64,000 nucleotides of DNA from contig NC_045704.1 in the NCBI RefSeq assembly GCF_009834535.1, positions 9,486,001-9,550,000 of the forward strand, in the 5' to 3' direction. The notes under the pieces were generated by a model that had not been told where the DNA came from, searched no databases, and saw only the letters and a program-made list of their open reading frames with translations. The stretch comes from Camelus ferus. Lineage: Eukaryota. Below, piece by piece: positions 1 through 11,399 of this stretch (the first letter of the stretch is position 1; every line of letters begins with the position of its first letter). Position numbers and translations under genes: made by a program.

Positions 1-165
1 GACTGTCCTGGGTATTACTGTAGGGTGTCGAGCAGCATCCCCAGCCTCCACCCGCTCGATGCCGGTGGCACTGCTGCTGAAGTTGTAAGAACCTGAAAGT
101 GTCTCCAGACATTGCCCGATGTCTCCTGGTGGGCAAAACCACCCTCAGTGAGGATCGCTAGTCTA
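1..165 (-). mobile_element. MER20 (hAT-Charlie) fragment
   Basis: AGCAGCATCCCCAGCCTCCACCCGCTCGATGCC...TGTCTCCAGACATTGCC matches recalled MER20. Confidence 0.75.
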
Positions 166-418
166 GACCAAGGAAGGGGAGAGTCACTCTAAAAAGCAGA
201 TTAGTTGGGAAAGTGATGTCTTTGGACCAGGCTCCTGGGAGGAAAGGTTGAGTGGGAAATAGGGCTTTATGCAGAAGCTTTCTCCTTTCCCTTCTCTGCC
301 CTCGCATCTACCCTGCAGACCCTCTGATCACAGTCTGGGTTAGGACAGAGGTAGCAGAGATAGGACACCAGGAGAGGTGACCCAGACTCTAACAGCCCCT
401 CATGCCTCCTTCCTCCAG

Positions 419-3400
419 TGGTCATCATAGGAGCCATCGTCGGTGTCCTCCTGTTTCTCATCCTGGTGGGCTTGTTGGTTTTCTTCCTGAAGAAGGGGTG
501 AGACTCAGCTCAGGACTTACTGGGTGCCTGGAGGGTGGGGGTTGCGGGAAAGGTGAGGACCCCTGGTTCCGGCCTCTCTCCCCTCCCCAGCCTTTCACCC
601 TAATGTCCTTTTCCCAGGTGTAAGAAGAGTGAGAAGAAACAGGCACACAGGGATCTGATCTGCAGGTGAGTGGAAGGTTTGGGAGAGCATCTGAAAGACT
701 CATTGTCAAGGTCAGATCCTGGGGTGTTTGCTGGTCACTGGGTAGGTCAGAGGGCAGGATCAGTGAATCCCCCCCACAAGCCTCAGAAGGGGCTAATGCT
801 GTCTGTGGCAGGGATCACAATGCATCTGCCACTCCCCATTCCCTGAGAGCCTGGACTGGTGGCCGTGAAATTGGTGTCAGTCTCAGCTCTGGGACGTCCA
901 TTCATTCATCCAACAAAACAGTAACGGAGCCCCTGTTAAGTGTCAGGTGCTGTTCTGGGTGTTGAGGAAACAGTGAATCTACCAAAGATTCCTGCCCTTT
1001 TGGAGCTTACATTCTAGCACAAGGAGCCACTAATAAAGAAGTTGGTAAAGGTTGTGACTAGTGTCCCAAAGAACCATCTTGCCTGAGTTAGAATTCAGGC
1101 TTCTTTTATACTAAGAGGGGTGGGGAGTAAATTCACACACCTCCTGTTTCACGTCAGCCTCCAGAGGGGAGGTGTTGATTCCTTCCTTCCTGCAGTCATT
1201 CACAGGGGGGCCTGGTCAGGATGTTTCCTGTGAGCCCAACAAAGGTATTTTAGCTCAGTGCTGGTTACCTGGGAGGCAGGGTTCCCAGAGATGGGCCATT
1301 ATGTGTAATTTAAGCTTATAGGCAGCATCCCTTTGGTGATGAACTTGTGGCAAATGCAAAAAGGTTAAAGTAAAAGAAACAGACCAATATGGAGTCAGGT
1401 TTGTTCTTCCCTATTACAATCCAAACAAGAGGTAGTTATGTCTTGGAATGGGAAATGGTGAGAGGTAATCAGATTCAAGGCAGTGTTTGAGTGTTTAAAC
1501 AGCAGATGTGGTTAGAGAATGGAAGTGCAGTGTGGGGTTCAGAGAGGGCTCAAGAGTGACTGCAAGGAATTTAGCCTGAGCTCCAGGAATACTGGAAATG
1601 TTGTTGCTTGAGATGGAATGACCATGGGGTGGAGGGTGGGGGAGCTTTGGGAAAGTATTGGGAGCTCGGTGGTGGACACGCTGAATTTGAGATGCTTGTT
1701 GGACATGCAAGTGAAGACAATGATGAATGGTCAGGTGGATAAACAGATCCATGGTTCAGGAGAACGTTTGTGCAAAGGTCTCCATTCTCTGACTCCTCCT
1801 TAGTTGGGTCAGTGACACCAAGTGTCTACGTGAGAATGATCCCCAGGGATCAAGAGAGGAGAGATGGGACAGAGAGTAAAGGGAAGCTGGGAGACCAGCT
1901 GTGACAGCCTGGGTACAAAAGAATGAGGCGTCAACTGAGGGCGTGGCCATCCGAGGCAGATGCATGAGGCAGAGCAAACACTAGTGACGGGGAAGATGAT
2001 GTCCAGTTTCTTCTTTGCGGTATTATCTGTTCTGGCCAGAGTCCCACCCTGCTTGCCCTTTCCCCTCCTTACCCTCTGTCCGGTGCCTTGTATGGCATCT
2101 GCAGCAAATTGCTGCACCTGTTGGGCTCCAAGTCTTGTCCTGTCTTGTATGTTGAGCATTTTGCCATCCCCAACCCTCAGCGTGCATGTTTGGATGTCCT
2201 AGCGATGATCCTCTAGGACATGCAGGTGGAGCTTCCAGGAGGCCAGTGGGTAAATAGAGCTGAAGGTCAGGGGAGTGAGAAGTAGAAACTGGCAACGAAG
2301 ATTCAGAAATCGCAGATGTGCAGATTGAAAGTGAAGCTTTGTCAGTGGACAGACCCCATGAGACGTGTGTGTCCAGTGAGAAAAGAGGGCTTAAGGACAG
2401 ACTCCCAGAAACACCTACCGTTTGATGAACAGAGGATGAGGGCCCCACTGAGGAGATGGAGAAGCACCCGTCAGAGAGGCAGTGGTGGTGCACATGAGGA
2501 GATGGTGTTCAGGAAGAGGGCGGGTCCAGAAAAAAGGAAGAGGCAGTCAGAGAAACTACAGGCTGCTGAGCTCCCACGCAGAGGAGGGACTGAGAGGTGG
2601 CCTTTGGAATTGGAGATAAGGAGGCAAGTGAGATAAGGGGACTTTGAACCACAAAAGGTCATTGTTCCCCTGGAGTCGTGGTGTAGAGACCAGGCCACGG
2701 CGATGTATGGGAAGGAAGCAGAGAGAACTGGTCCACGTGAGAAGTTTGAATGTGCTTTCACAGGTTTCATTATTGTTTAGGTACGGTAAGCCCACTGGAT
2801 CAGGAGACGACTGGCATTGAAGATTTTTTACACTCACAGATCCCAAGAGAGGGAGTACGCATTACACCCTGCAGGGCCACGTGGGGAGGCACCAGGTTGG
2901 CCGTGAAGTGAGGGGCACTCAAACAAGAGCCTTTCTCATGGTTTCAATCCAAGGCAAACAGGCTTAGTTTGAATCATTTCAGCAGGTCCTGGGGCGTAGG
3001 GACTGTGCCTGGTTTTCTGGTACCTGTTCCTGGGGGTTGGGGTTGGGGCAGAATTTGGGCAGATGGATAGTAGCCCAGAGTGTGTGATCCTGTTAGGGGA
3101 GGTGGTGAGGATGTGGATTTAATCAGCATGTCAAGAAGGGAAACTGACCAGCCTCCATCCAGGGTGTCAAAACTGAGTCAGGACAGTATTCATAACACTA
3201 TATTACGGGGGGAGGAGAGAGAAAGAGCTGGACCTGGAGTGGCATGAGGTCAGGGGATTCTTTTTAATACAGAAGCAAGATTAGAACATGTACACGCAAA
3301 GGGAAAGGGGAGAGGTTCCTGGTGTAGGAGAAGGAAGACCCCATGGCTGGAGAGGGCTGCAGGGAACTGTGGCCCAGGAGAAGGGGAGTGGTCCTAGATG

Positions 3401-6400
3401 AGAGAAGTCCCATTTCCTTTTTTTTGAGTCCAAACAGATTTTTTTTTAATTTTATTGAGTTATAGTCAGTTTACATTGTGTCAATTTCTGGTGTACAGTA
3501 CAATTTTTCAGTCATACATGAACATACATATATTCATTTTCATATTCTTTTTCACTGTGAGCTACTACAAGATTTTGTATATATTTCCCTGTGCTATACA
3601 GTATAAACTTGTTTATCTATTCTATATATACCTGTCAGGATCTATAAATCTCTAACTCCTTGACTGTTCCTACCCACCCCCTTCCCCCTGGCAACCAAAA
3701 GTTTGTATTCTATGTCTGTGAGTCTGTTTCTGTTTTATATTTAAGTTCATTTACCTTCTTCTTCCCCTTCCCCTTCTCCTCCTCCTTCTTCTTCTTTCCA
3801 CATATGAGTGATATCATATGGTATTTTTCTTTCTCTTTCTGGCTTACTTCACTTAGAATGACATTCTCCAGGGACATCCATGTTGCTACAAATGGCATTA
3901 TGTTCATTTTTATGGCTGAATAGTATTCCATTGTATAAATATACCACAGCTTCTTTATCCAGTTGTCTGTTGATGGACATTTAAGTTGTTTCCATGACTT
4001 GGCTATTGTAAATAGTGCTGCTATGAACATTGGGGTGCTGGTGTCTTTTTGAATTAGGGTTCCTTCTGGATATATGCCCAGGAGTGGGATTCCTGGGTCN
4101 NNNNNNNNNNNNNNNNNNNNNNNNNNNNNNNNNNNNNNNNNNNNNNNNNNNNNNNNNNNNNNNNNNNNNNNNNNNNNNNNNNNNNNNNNNNNNNNNNNNN
4201 NNNNNNNNNNNNNNNNNNNNNNNNNNNNNNNNNNNNNNATGATGGCCATTCTGACTGGTGTAAGGTGATACCTCACTGTAGTTTTAATTTGCATTTCTCT
4301 GATAATTAGTGATATTGAGCATTTTTTCGTGTTTAGGTCTTCTGCCCATTTTTGGATTGGGTTGTTTGTTTTTTTTCTTATTAAGTTGTATGAGCTGTTT
4401 ATATATTCTGGAGATCAAGCCTTTGTCAGTTTCATCTTTTGCAAATATTTTCTCCCATTCCGTGGGTTGTTGTTTTGTTTTGCTTATGGTTCCCTTTGCT
4501 GGGCAAAAGCTTGTAAGTTTAATTAGGTCCCATTTGTTTATTCTTGCTTTTATTTCTGTTTCTTGGGCAGACTGCCCTAGGAGAACATTGTTGAGATGAA
4601 TGTGAGATAATATTTTGCCTATGTTTTCTTCTAGGAGGTTTATTGTATCTTGTCTTATATTTAAGTCTTTGATCCATTTTGAGTTTATTTTTATGTATGG
4701 TGTGAGGGAGTGTTCTAGCTTNNNNNNNNNNNNNNNNNNNNNNNNNNNNNNNNNNNNNNNNNNNNNNNNNNNNNNNNNNNNNNNNNNNNNNNNNNNNNNN
4801 NNNNNNNNNNNNNNNNNNNNNNNNNNNNNNNNNNNNNNNNNNNNNNNNNNNNNNCCATTTCCCCCATCTCCTCAGTCCCTGGAGACTCCAGCATCCTACT
4901 TTCAGGTTGTATGAATTTGATAACCCTTGGTGCCGCATATGAGTGGAATCACATTTGTCCTTTTATTTGTCCTTTTGTGACTGGCTTATTCCATTCAGCA
5001 TAATGCCTTCCAGTTCCATCCATGTTGTAGCCTGTGGCAGAATCTCCTTCCTTCTTAAGGCTGGGTAATAGTCCATTATATGGATAGACCACATTTTGCT
5101 TATCTATTCTTCTGTCGATGGACACTTGGGTTGCTTCCACCTTTTAGCTATTGTGATTAGGGCTGCTATGAACGTGGGTGTACAGGTACCCCTTTGAGAG
5201 CCTGCTTTCAATTCCTGGGGGTGTATACTCAGAAGTGGAGTTGATGAAACAGAAACAAAATCAGTGATTTGGAAAGATATCTGCATCTCCCTTGTTCACA
5301 GCAGCATTGTTCACAACAGCCAAGACTTGGAAATGACCTAAGTGTCCATCTATGGGTGAATGGATAAAGAAGCTATGAGCTGTCTATACAGTGGAATACT
5401 ACTCAGCCACAAACAAGAAGAAAATCTCACCATTTGTGACAACATGGATGGACCCTGAGGGCATTATACTGAGTGAGATAAGTCAGACAGAGAAAGATAA
5501 ATACTGTATCATCTCACTTATATTCAGAATCTGAAACAAAAACAAAAACAAAAACCTTGAACTCACAGGTTCAGAGAACAGATTGGTGGTTGCCAGAGGG
5601 AGTGTCAGAAGGCTGAAATGGGTGAAGGTGGTCAAAAGGTTCCTACTTCCAGCTATAAGTCTTGGGAGGTCAAACAAAACAAGACAAAACAAAACCCTTT
5701 TCTTTTATCCCAAGAGCACAGAATTAAAGGAGGTTTAACTGTTTGCCCCTCCCCTCCCCCCAGGGACATCCGGGCTGAAGATTTTGCTGAGCATGTCAGG
5801 AAAAATGAGATGGACAGCGGTTACGGCTTTGCAGTGGAGTACCAGGTGGGGTGAGAACAGAACAGAGGGGGCTGCACCCAGGCCCACGTGCCCGCCCCAG
5901 ACATTTCCACACCTTTGGGATTGGACGGAAAGCAGTGACACATGCTTTGTTGGCTTACACAGAAATTCCTGGGCATGATTATCCATCTTTTCAACTCATT
6001 GAAATCTTACACTAGTGACGGGTCGATGGGTCAGTCCTAAAGAAACACCTTGGTTTTTCCCTGATGTCTCCTCTCTTGCCTACCTCCCCAGTCCCCATGG
6101 TCCCGCCAGTCCTCCCCAATGCCCCCCAGAGATGGTGCACACACTTGACCTATTTCTGTGGGTGCTATGGAATTCCAGGGCACAAGGGGTGAGTGGGGCA
6201 GGGTGCTTAGGATGACAGAGGCAGCAGTGAGGGTATACCTGGGGGAGGTCAGAGAAAATCCAGCATCTGTGCGTCCCTCCTCTACCTCCGCCCCCAGCAA
6301 CTGGCCCTGGAGGACCACAGCCAGTCCCAGATGATGGCCTCAGCTCCAGAAAACAACATCAAGAACCGTTACAAAAACGTGCTGCCCTGTGAGTCGTAAG

Positions 6401-9400
6401 CCTCTGCTGACTTTACTCTCAGCTGTGACTTTGTCAATACCCCATCCCTGGACCCCGTCCCTTCTCCCCTGAGCTCCTACCCCGTGATGTGAGAGCCCCT
6501 GGCCGGCTCCTCCCAGCCGAGGCCCCTCTGCCTCTCCCTGAGCTCCCAGCGTCTGCACCTCTGCACGCCCTCCATCCCTGGGTCTCAGCCTCATCTCCTT
6601 GCCCCTCTGGGTGGCGCCATTCTCGCTAATGCTGGCCTCTTCTCCTAGATGACTGGTCCCGCGTGCCCCTGACACCCCTCCCTGGGGAGCCAGGCTCCGA
6701 GTACATCAACGCCAGCTTCATGCCTGTAAGGTTATGGTTGGGAGCTGGGAGGATGCTGAGTTAGCCTCAGAAGTTAAGGTCAGACTTACCTGTTTTCTTC
6801 AACCAGGGTCTCTGGAACTCCCAGGAGTTCATAGCAGCCCAGGGCCCCCTGTCCCAGACTGTGGGTGACTTCTGGCGCCTGGTGTGGGAGCAGCAGAGCC
6901 ACACCCTGGTCATGCTGACCAACTGCGTGGAGTCTGGCCGGGTAAGAGGAGACCTTGGTCCTGGGTGCTGACCCTGAGTCCAACCGTGACCCCGCCCCAG
7001 ACACTGACACCAGTGTAGACCTTGATCCAGCCCTCACTGATTCCCTCAACATGACTCCAACCTTTCCGTCTCCTCTAGTCCATCCAATGGTTCACATGCA
7101 GGGTGAAGCTGATCTCAATGACCTGGGGAAGGAGGGGTCTTCCTGGCTGGAATGAAGCTACGCCTGGCTGCCTGTGGGTGCTGCCTTGCCACCAGGGCAG
7201 AGGGCATCCCCTGGCACTGAGTACAAGAGCCACGCTACAGAGGGGCACTGGGGTTGGGTGGTTCTGTGGGGCCTCCTATGCTCTGACTGCCCCTGGTCTT
7301 CCCCCAGGTGAAGTGTGAGCATTACTGGCCTCTAGATTCCCAACCCTGCACCCATGGGCAGCTACAGGTGACCCTGGTGGGTGAGGAAGTGATGGAGAAC
7401 TGGACAGTACGAGACCTGAAGCTCTGGCATGTAAGCCCCCTGACACCCTGCCAGATACACCCTGCCCTCAGTTCCTCCCCCGTGACATTCCAGGCAGCCC
7501 CTTCCCCCAGAACTCCCCATGAAATCCCACCTCCCGTCACTCCCACAAGGGACAGCAGTGTGCCCCAGGGATGCCCCATTGTCAGAAACCAGCCCCAGGG
7601 GTCCTGAGCCCCCTGACAACCCGCCCTCCCTCTAGATGGCAGAGCGGAGGGCTTTATCCGTCCGTCAGTTCCACTACGTGACCTGGCCAGACCACAGCGT
7701 CCCTCACTCCCCAGACCCCATGCTGGCCTTCTGGAAGATGCTCCGGCAGTGGCTGGACCAGAACATGGAGGGAGGGCCTCCCATTGTGCACTGCAGGTGA
7801 GGACCAGCCCGGAGCCCTCTCCCTGTGGGACCACCGCCCCCTCAGGACACAGAAACCAGGGTTACCTGGGTTCTTGGGAACTCCCAGAGGAGGTGGAAGA
7901 GAGGAGGAGGAGATGGAGGCAGAAGGTGAAGGGGCTGTGATGCAGGCTGAGAAGGAGGATGGGGGTGAAGAGATGGGAAAGATAGAAAGGTACAGGAGGA
8001 GGCATATGTAGGGAGGAGGTGAAGGGCAGGAGGGAGAAGCAGCCAAAGGTTTTAAGAAACATTGAAGACACCTCCTTGGGCTCACAGGCTGGGGCCTCCC
8101 CCGACAACTGCTTTCCTGATATTTGTGCTGAAGCCTCTTTAGGTGAGATTTCACAAATGTGAATGTGAGGGTTGAGGAAGGAGTTTGTTCCAGAGGGACG
8201 GACAGCCTCTGATAGGGGAGCTCTGGTTTCCATCATGGTCAGTGCTTATCGGCCACAGTCTGGCTGACCCTCCGGGCAACCTCATGACAAAAGGGAGAGC
8301 TGAGGAAACTGCATCAGAAAGCTGGTCCCTGGGTTCACGGTCAATAGCGAGTGGCCAAGCTGATGCCCAGAGTGGAGCCCTTAACCTCCCTGCTGTGCTG
8401 TGTCGTGACACCATCCCCATCCCCAGGTAGTATTCACTGGAAGTGTCCTCAGTAGAGTGTCCTCCCTTCCTCCAGGTGCAGAAGGGAGTTCTGCACAGTA
8501 GTTAAGGCCATTCGCTTGAACCACCAATCCACAGGACCACGTAGATGAACCTGGCTGAGTGAAAGCAGCCAGGCACGAAAGGTCCCATGTTGGATGGCTC
8601 TGTTTACATGAACTATTTGGAATAAGCAAATGCACAGAGCCCGAAAACTGGTGGTTTTCAGGGGCTGGGAGGGATGGGGGAATGGGGAGTCACTGCTTAA
8701 TGGGATGGGGCTCTCCTTTTGAGGATATAGAAGTGTTTTGGAACTAGATAGAGGTGGCAGTTACACAACACTGTGACTAAATGCCACTGAATTGTCCACT
8801 TTAAAATGGTTACTTTTACATTAAATTTTTTTTAAGTATCAGCTTGGGAGTTCATCTGCCCATGTGTGAACCCCAGCAATGCCCAAGTGGCCTGGGACAA
8901 TCACCTTGCTCAGCCTCCATTGCCCCATCTGTAAAATGGGCATGCTAATAGTTCCTACTTCTTAGGTGTGGTAGGAGTGAAAAAAAAAGCATGTAAGGCA
9001 CTTGGAACAGGGCCTCACAGATAGATAGAAGTCAGCGCACGGTCATTTCTTATTACTTCCTGCTTAATTACATAACCCCCACTTACACTGTATTCCCCCA
9101 AAATACTGTCTGGCTGAATACCCTGACCCCTAGGTGCTCCAAAGACAGATCCTTCCATCAGTCAAGACTCTCCCCTCCCAGGGTCTGACCACTTCTTGTC
9201 CCTGCCTAGCGCTGGTGTGGGCCGCACAGGCACCCTCATTGCCCTGGATGTCCTGCTGCGGCAGCTGGAGTGTGAGGGTGTCGTGGGGCCCTTCAGCTAC
9301 ATGAGGAAGATGAGAGAAAGCCGGCCACTGATGGTGCAGACTGAGGTGAGGGGGTTCCTCTGGCACAAGGTGGGTGGAGGTGGGACCCTGGAAGAAAGCA

Positions 9401-9574
9401 GGCTGAGGCCAGGAGGGCACCCTTCACCTCCACGGGCCTCCTCCCCAGGCCCAGTACGTGTTCCTGCACCAGTGCATCCTTCGCTTTCTGCAACAGTCAT
9501 CCTCAGCACCGGCTGAGAAGGAGGCCACGTATGAGAACCTGATTTACGAGAACATAGCTGCTACAGAGGCCTAA
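419..9574 (+). CDS. PTPRH: Receptor-type tyrosine phosphatase H (SAP-1), 3' part: TM, juxtamembrane, single PTP domain and C-tail; 5' exons lie upstream of the window
   Basis: Exons 419-497, 618-665, 5764-5845, 6298-6388, 6649-6725, 6807-6941, 7308-7430, 7636-7796, 9210-9345, 9449-9574 are all AG/GT-bounded and in frame. They encode [90 protein letters not shown] and a YENLIYENI tail, with TAA at 9572-9574. Confidence 0.97.
895..2800 (-). mobile_element. Fragmented LINE-2, interrupted by an LTR
   Basis: (CATT)n tail at about 900 and purine-rich L2-type body at 1420-2800. Confidence 0.6.
1040..1418 (-). mobile_element. ERV1-type solo LTR (cetartiodactyl LTR6-like)
   Basis: Minus strand begins TGTAATAGGGAAGAACAAACCTGACTCCATATTGG; family name from memory. 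Confidence 0.55.
2815..3195 (-). mobile_element. MER21/MER77-like LTR
   Basis: Minus strand TGTCCTGACTCAGTTTTGACACCCTGGATGG...; family uncertain. Confidence 0.45.
3439..4721 (-). mobile_element. Relatively young 5'-truncated LINE-1 (ORF2 C-terminus, 3' UTR, poly-A)
   Basis: ORF 3710..4294 encodes L1 ORF2 [42 protein letters not shown]; poly-T at about 3439; interrupted by gaps. Confidence 0.9.
4100..4238. other. Assembly gap (N run)
   Basis: 139 N inside the young L1; a second gap at 4722-4854. Confidence 1.
4855..5240 (-). mobile_element. Older L1M 3' fragment
   Basis: ORF 5104..5286 encodes [22 protein letters not shown]. Confidence 0.8.
5270..5660 (+). mobile_element. Older L1M 3' fragment, inverted relative to its neighbour
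   Basis: TTCACAGCAGCATTGTTCACAACAGCCAAG...AGATTGGTGGTTGCCAGAGGG. Confidence 0.8.
8570..8835 (+). mobile_element. L1M 3' UTR fragment
   Basis: GGAACTAGATAGAGGTGGCAGTTACACAACACTGTG...AAAATGGTT. Confidence 0.7.
8885..9050 (+). mobile_element. MIR (other MIR fragments at about 12190, 13490, 17340, 18130, 19600, 22200, 39710 and 48070)
   Basis: Core CCCCATCTGTAAAATGGG...GCACTTGGAACAG. Confidence 0.65.
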
Positions 9575-10003
9575 GTTGCGGGAGGGCTGAGACTCCAGCC
9601 CACCTAGACTCAAACTCTGCATCCTTACTTCAGCCCAGATACCTGGACCCTTGGGACAGCCGAGGGCTGGGTCCAGGAATCCTGGGCCCTGCAAGAAGAA
9701 GGGGAGAGAGGTCAGGTGGGAGCCTGGACCCTAGATTTCCAATTCCTTGAAGAAGGGGAGGGATGGGAGGCTAGGAGTTCCTTGTTTTTTTGAGGGAGGA
9801 GGAGGCTGCAGGGTCTCAAGGAAACAAGTGAGATTCTGAGGAAGGAAGGAACGAGGATCCACAGTTCTGGCTACCCAAGAAGCAAGAGCAGGCAGGGTCC
9901 TGCCCATCTTTTACTCCAGAAACCAGATCTTCCTTCAAGGATCTGAGGTTTCCTTGCACCCCACTCACTGTCTGTACAGATTTTTTCTTCAATCCCATAA
10001 TTT

Positions 10004-10009
10004 ATTAAA
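10004..10009 (+). terminator. Probable PTPRH polyadenylation signal (ATTAAA)
   Basis: ATTAAA about 430 nt after the stop, followed by a T/GT-rich stretch; inferred from position. Confidence 0.55.
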
Positions 10010-10563
10010 TCACTATTCTCCCCAGAGACACTTGCCTCAGTGGATTTCTGGGTCTGGAAATAATATTGGGGTGGGTTCCTAATGTTTAGGTACTGAGGCT
10101 AATGTCCTAGGGAGGAAACTAGAAGGACTCACAATTTGCACCTGAGAAAGGTAGGTTTGGACAGTTGAGTCAGAGAAGGCTGGAGGTCCAGAGTCTGGGC
10201 AGGTTGGACTCGGTTCCCTGAAGCTAGGAGCATGGGGGCTTGCCTCCAGGGCCTGGCGTGAGGGGGAATTTTGAGGGTGGAGTGAAGTCTGGAGCTGATT
10301 TCCTGGAGAATTTCACGCTTAGTCTCCTGTCTAGATATCAGAATACCTGGGTCTCCGTAGAGGGTCTTCTGGGTCCTAGAACCCGATATTCTGGCGCCAG
10401 GTTCCATGGGCAGTACTGAAGGGTCGGGTAGGGAGAGGGAGGCTGGATGCCAGGTGGCTGGACTAGAAGGCAGAGAATCTTCTGGACCAGGATAAATACC
10501 CGTGGGCGTCCTGGTGGTTCCAGGCTAGGGGCAGATAAGGGGCGGGGCGGGTGTCTCCACCGA

Positions 10564-10596
10564 ACACGCGCGCGCGCGCACACACACACATATACA
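10564..10596. repeat. Alternating purine-pyrimidine tract, (CG)6 plus (CA)n
   Basis: ACACGCGCGCGCGCGCACACACACACATATACA read directly. Confidence 0.9.
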
Positions 10597-10667
10597 GTCA
10601 TACACACGCACACGCTCACACCAGCCCAGCTCCGTTGGGCCGCGCCCCCGCCTCACGGCGCTCCGCG

Positions 10668-10688
10668 ATCAGCACCCAGGACAGCACC
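10668..10688 (+). promoter_or_regulatory. RE1/NRSE (REST-binding element)
   Basis: ATCAGCACCCAGGACAGCACC matches 17 of 21 positions of TTCAGCACCACGGACAGCGCC, with mismatches at degenerate positions. Confidence 0.85.
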
Positions 10689-11399
10689 ACCCACCTGCGT
10701 GCAGAGGCGGGGTCAGGGCGGGACCAGCGCCTCTCTCTCTCCGGAGGGTCCTGTCTAGCCGCGGAGCAGGTAGGAGCAGCTGGGATCCCTCCCTCAGCCG
10801 CATCCTCATTCCCATACCTAGAGAGATGGTGTGGGGGGGGGGTTGGGGGGAGACTGGGAGAGACCTGCTAGCAGAAGGAGTGGGAAGGCTGGAGCATGAA
10901 ACAGGAGAATGGGATTTGGAGACAGGTGTGGAGACAAAGAACCAGAAGGAAGGGAGTAGGCATGGGGAGAGCGTGAGAGATCCCAGGAGACAGGGACCAG
11001 ACAACAGGCAGAGACTAGACAACCCAGACGGAGGAGCCGCGAGAAGCCGACGGAGAGACGGACAGAAATAGGGAAGACCTCCATTTAGAGTCGAGAGAGA
11101 AGTGGCAGCCGAGGCAGTCACGAGGACAGGTGTGAAGACAGCTCGAGGTGCGCGAGAGAGACTAACAGGCTGAGAAGGATGTCGGGGCCCAGTCGAGACA
11201 GCAGGGCAGCCCCCCACCCATTCCCCACAAGAATGGGAGAGGGAGGATAGCCTGAGTCTTGGCTCCCGGGGCTAAATGTGGAGGGAGGAGCCAGCTGTGG
11301 ACGAATTCACTGAGGGGCAAGGCCGTCTCCTCCCCACCCTCGCTCGTCCCGGGTATTGGGTCTGGGGTCCAAGGCGGGTCCGGGAACAGAACGAGCTTG

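Larger units (their letters stand above)
10500..10769 (+). promoter_or_regulatory. SYT5 upstream promoter and probable non-coding first exon
   Basis: CpG-rich segment with a GC box (GGGGCGGGGCGGG at about 10539-10551), a CG/CA repeat, an RE1 site and a donor CAG|GTAGGA at 10769/10770. Confidence 0.6.

Noticed and set aside
319-338. Possible PTPRH micro-exon (pyrimidine tract, CAG, 20 nt, GTTAGG)
   Set aside because: 20 nt would break the frame, and the recalled ortholog needs no extra exon before the TM exon.
3710-4294. 194-aa minus-strand ORF
   Set aside because: L1 ORF2 C-terminal remnant spanning an N gap, not a host gene.
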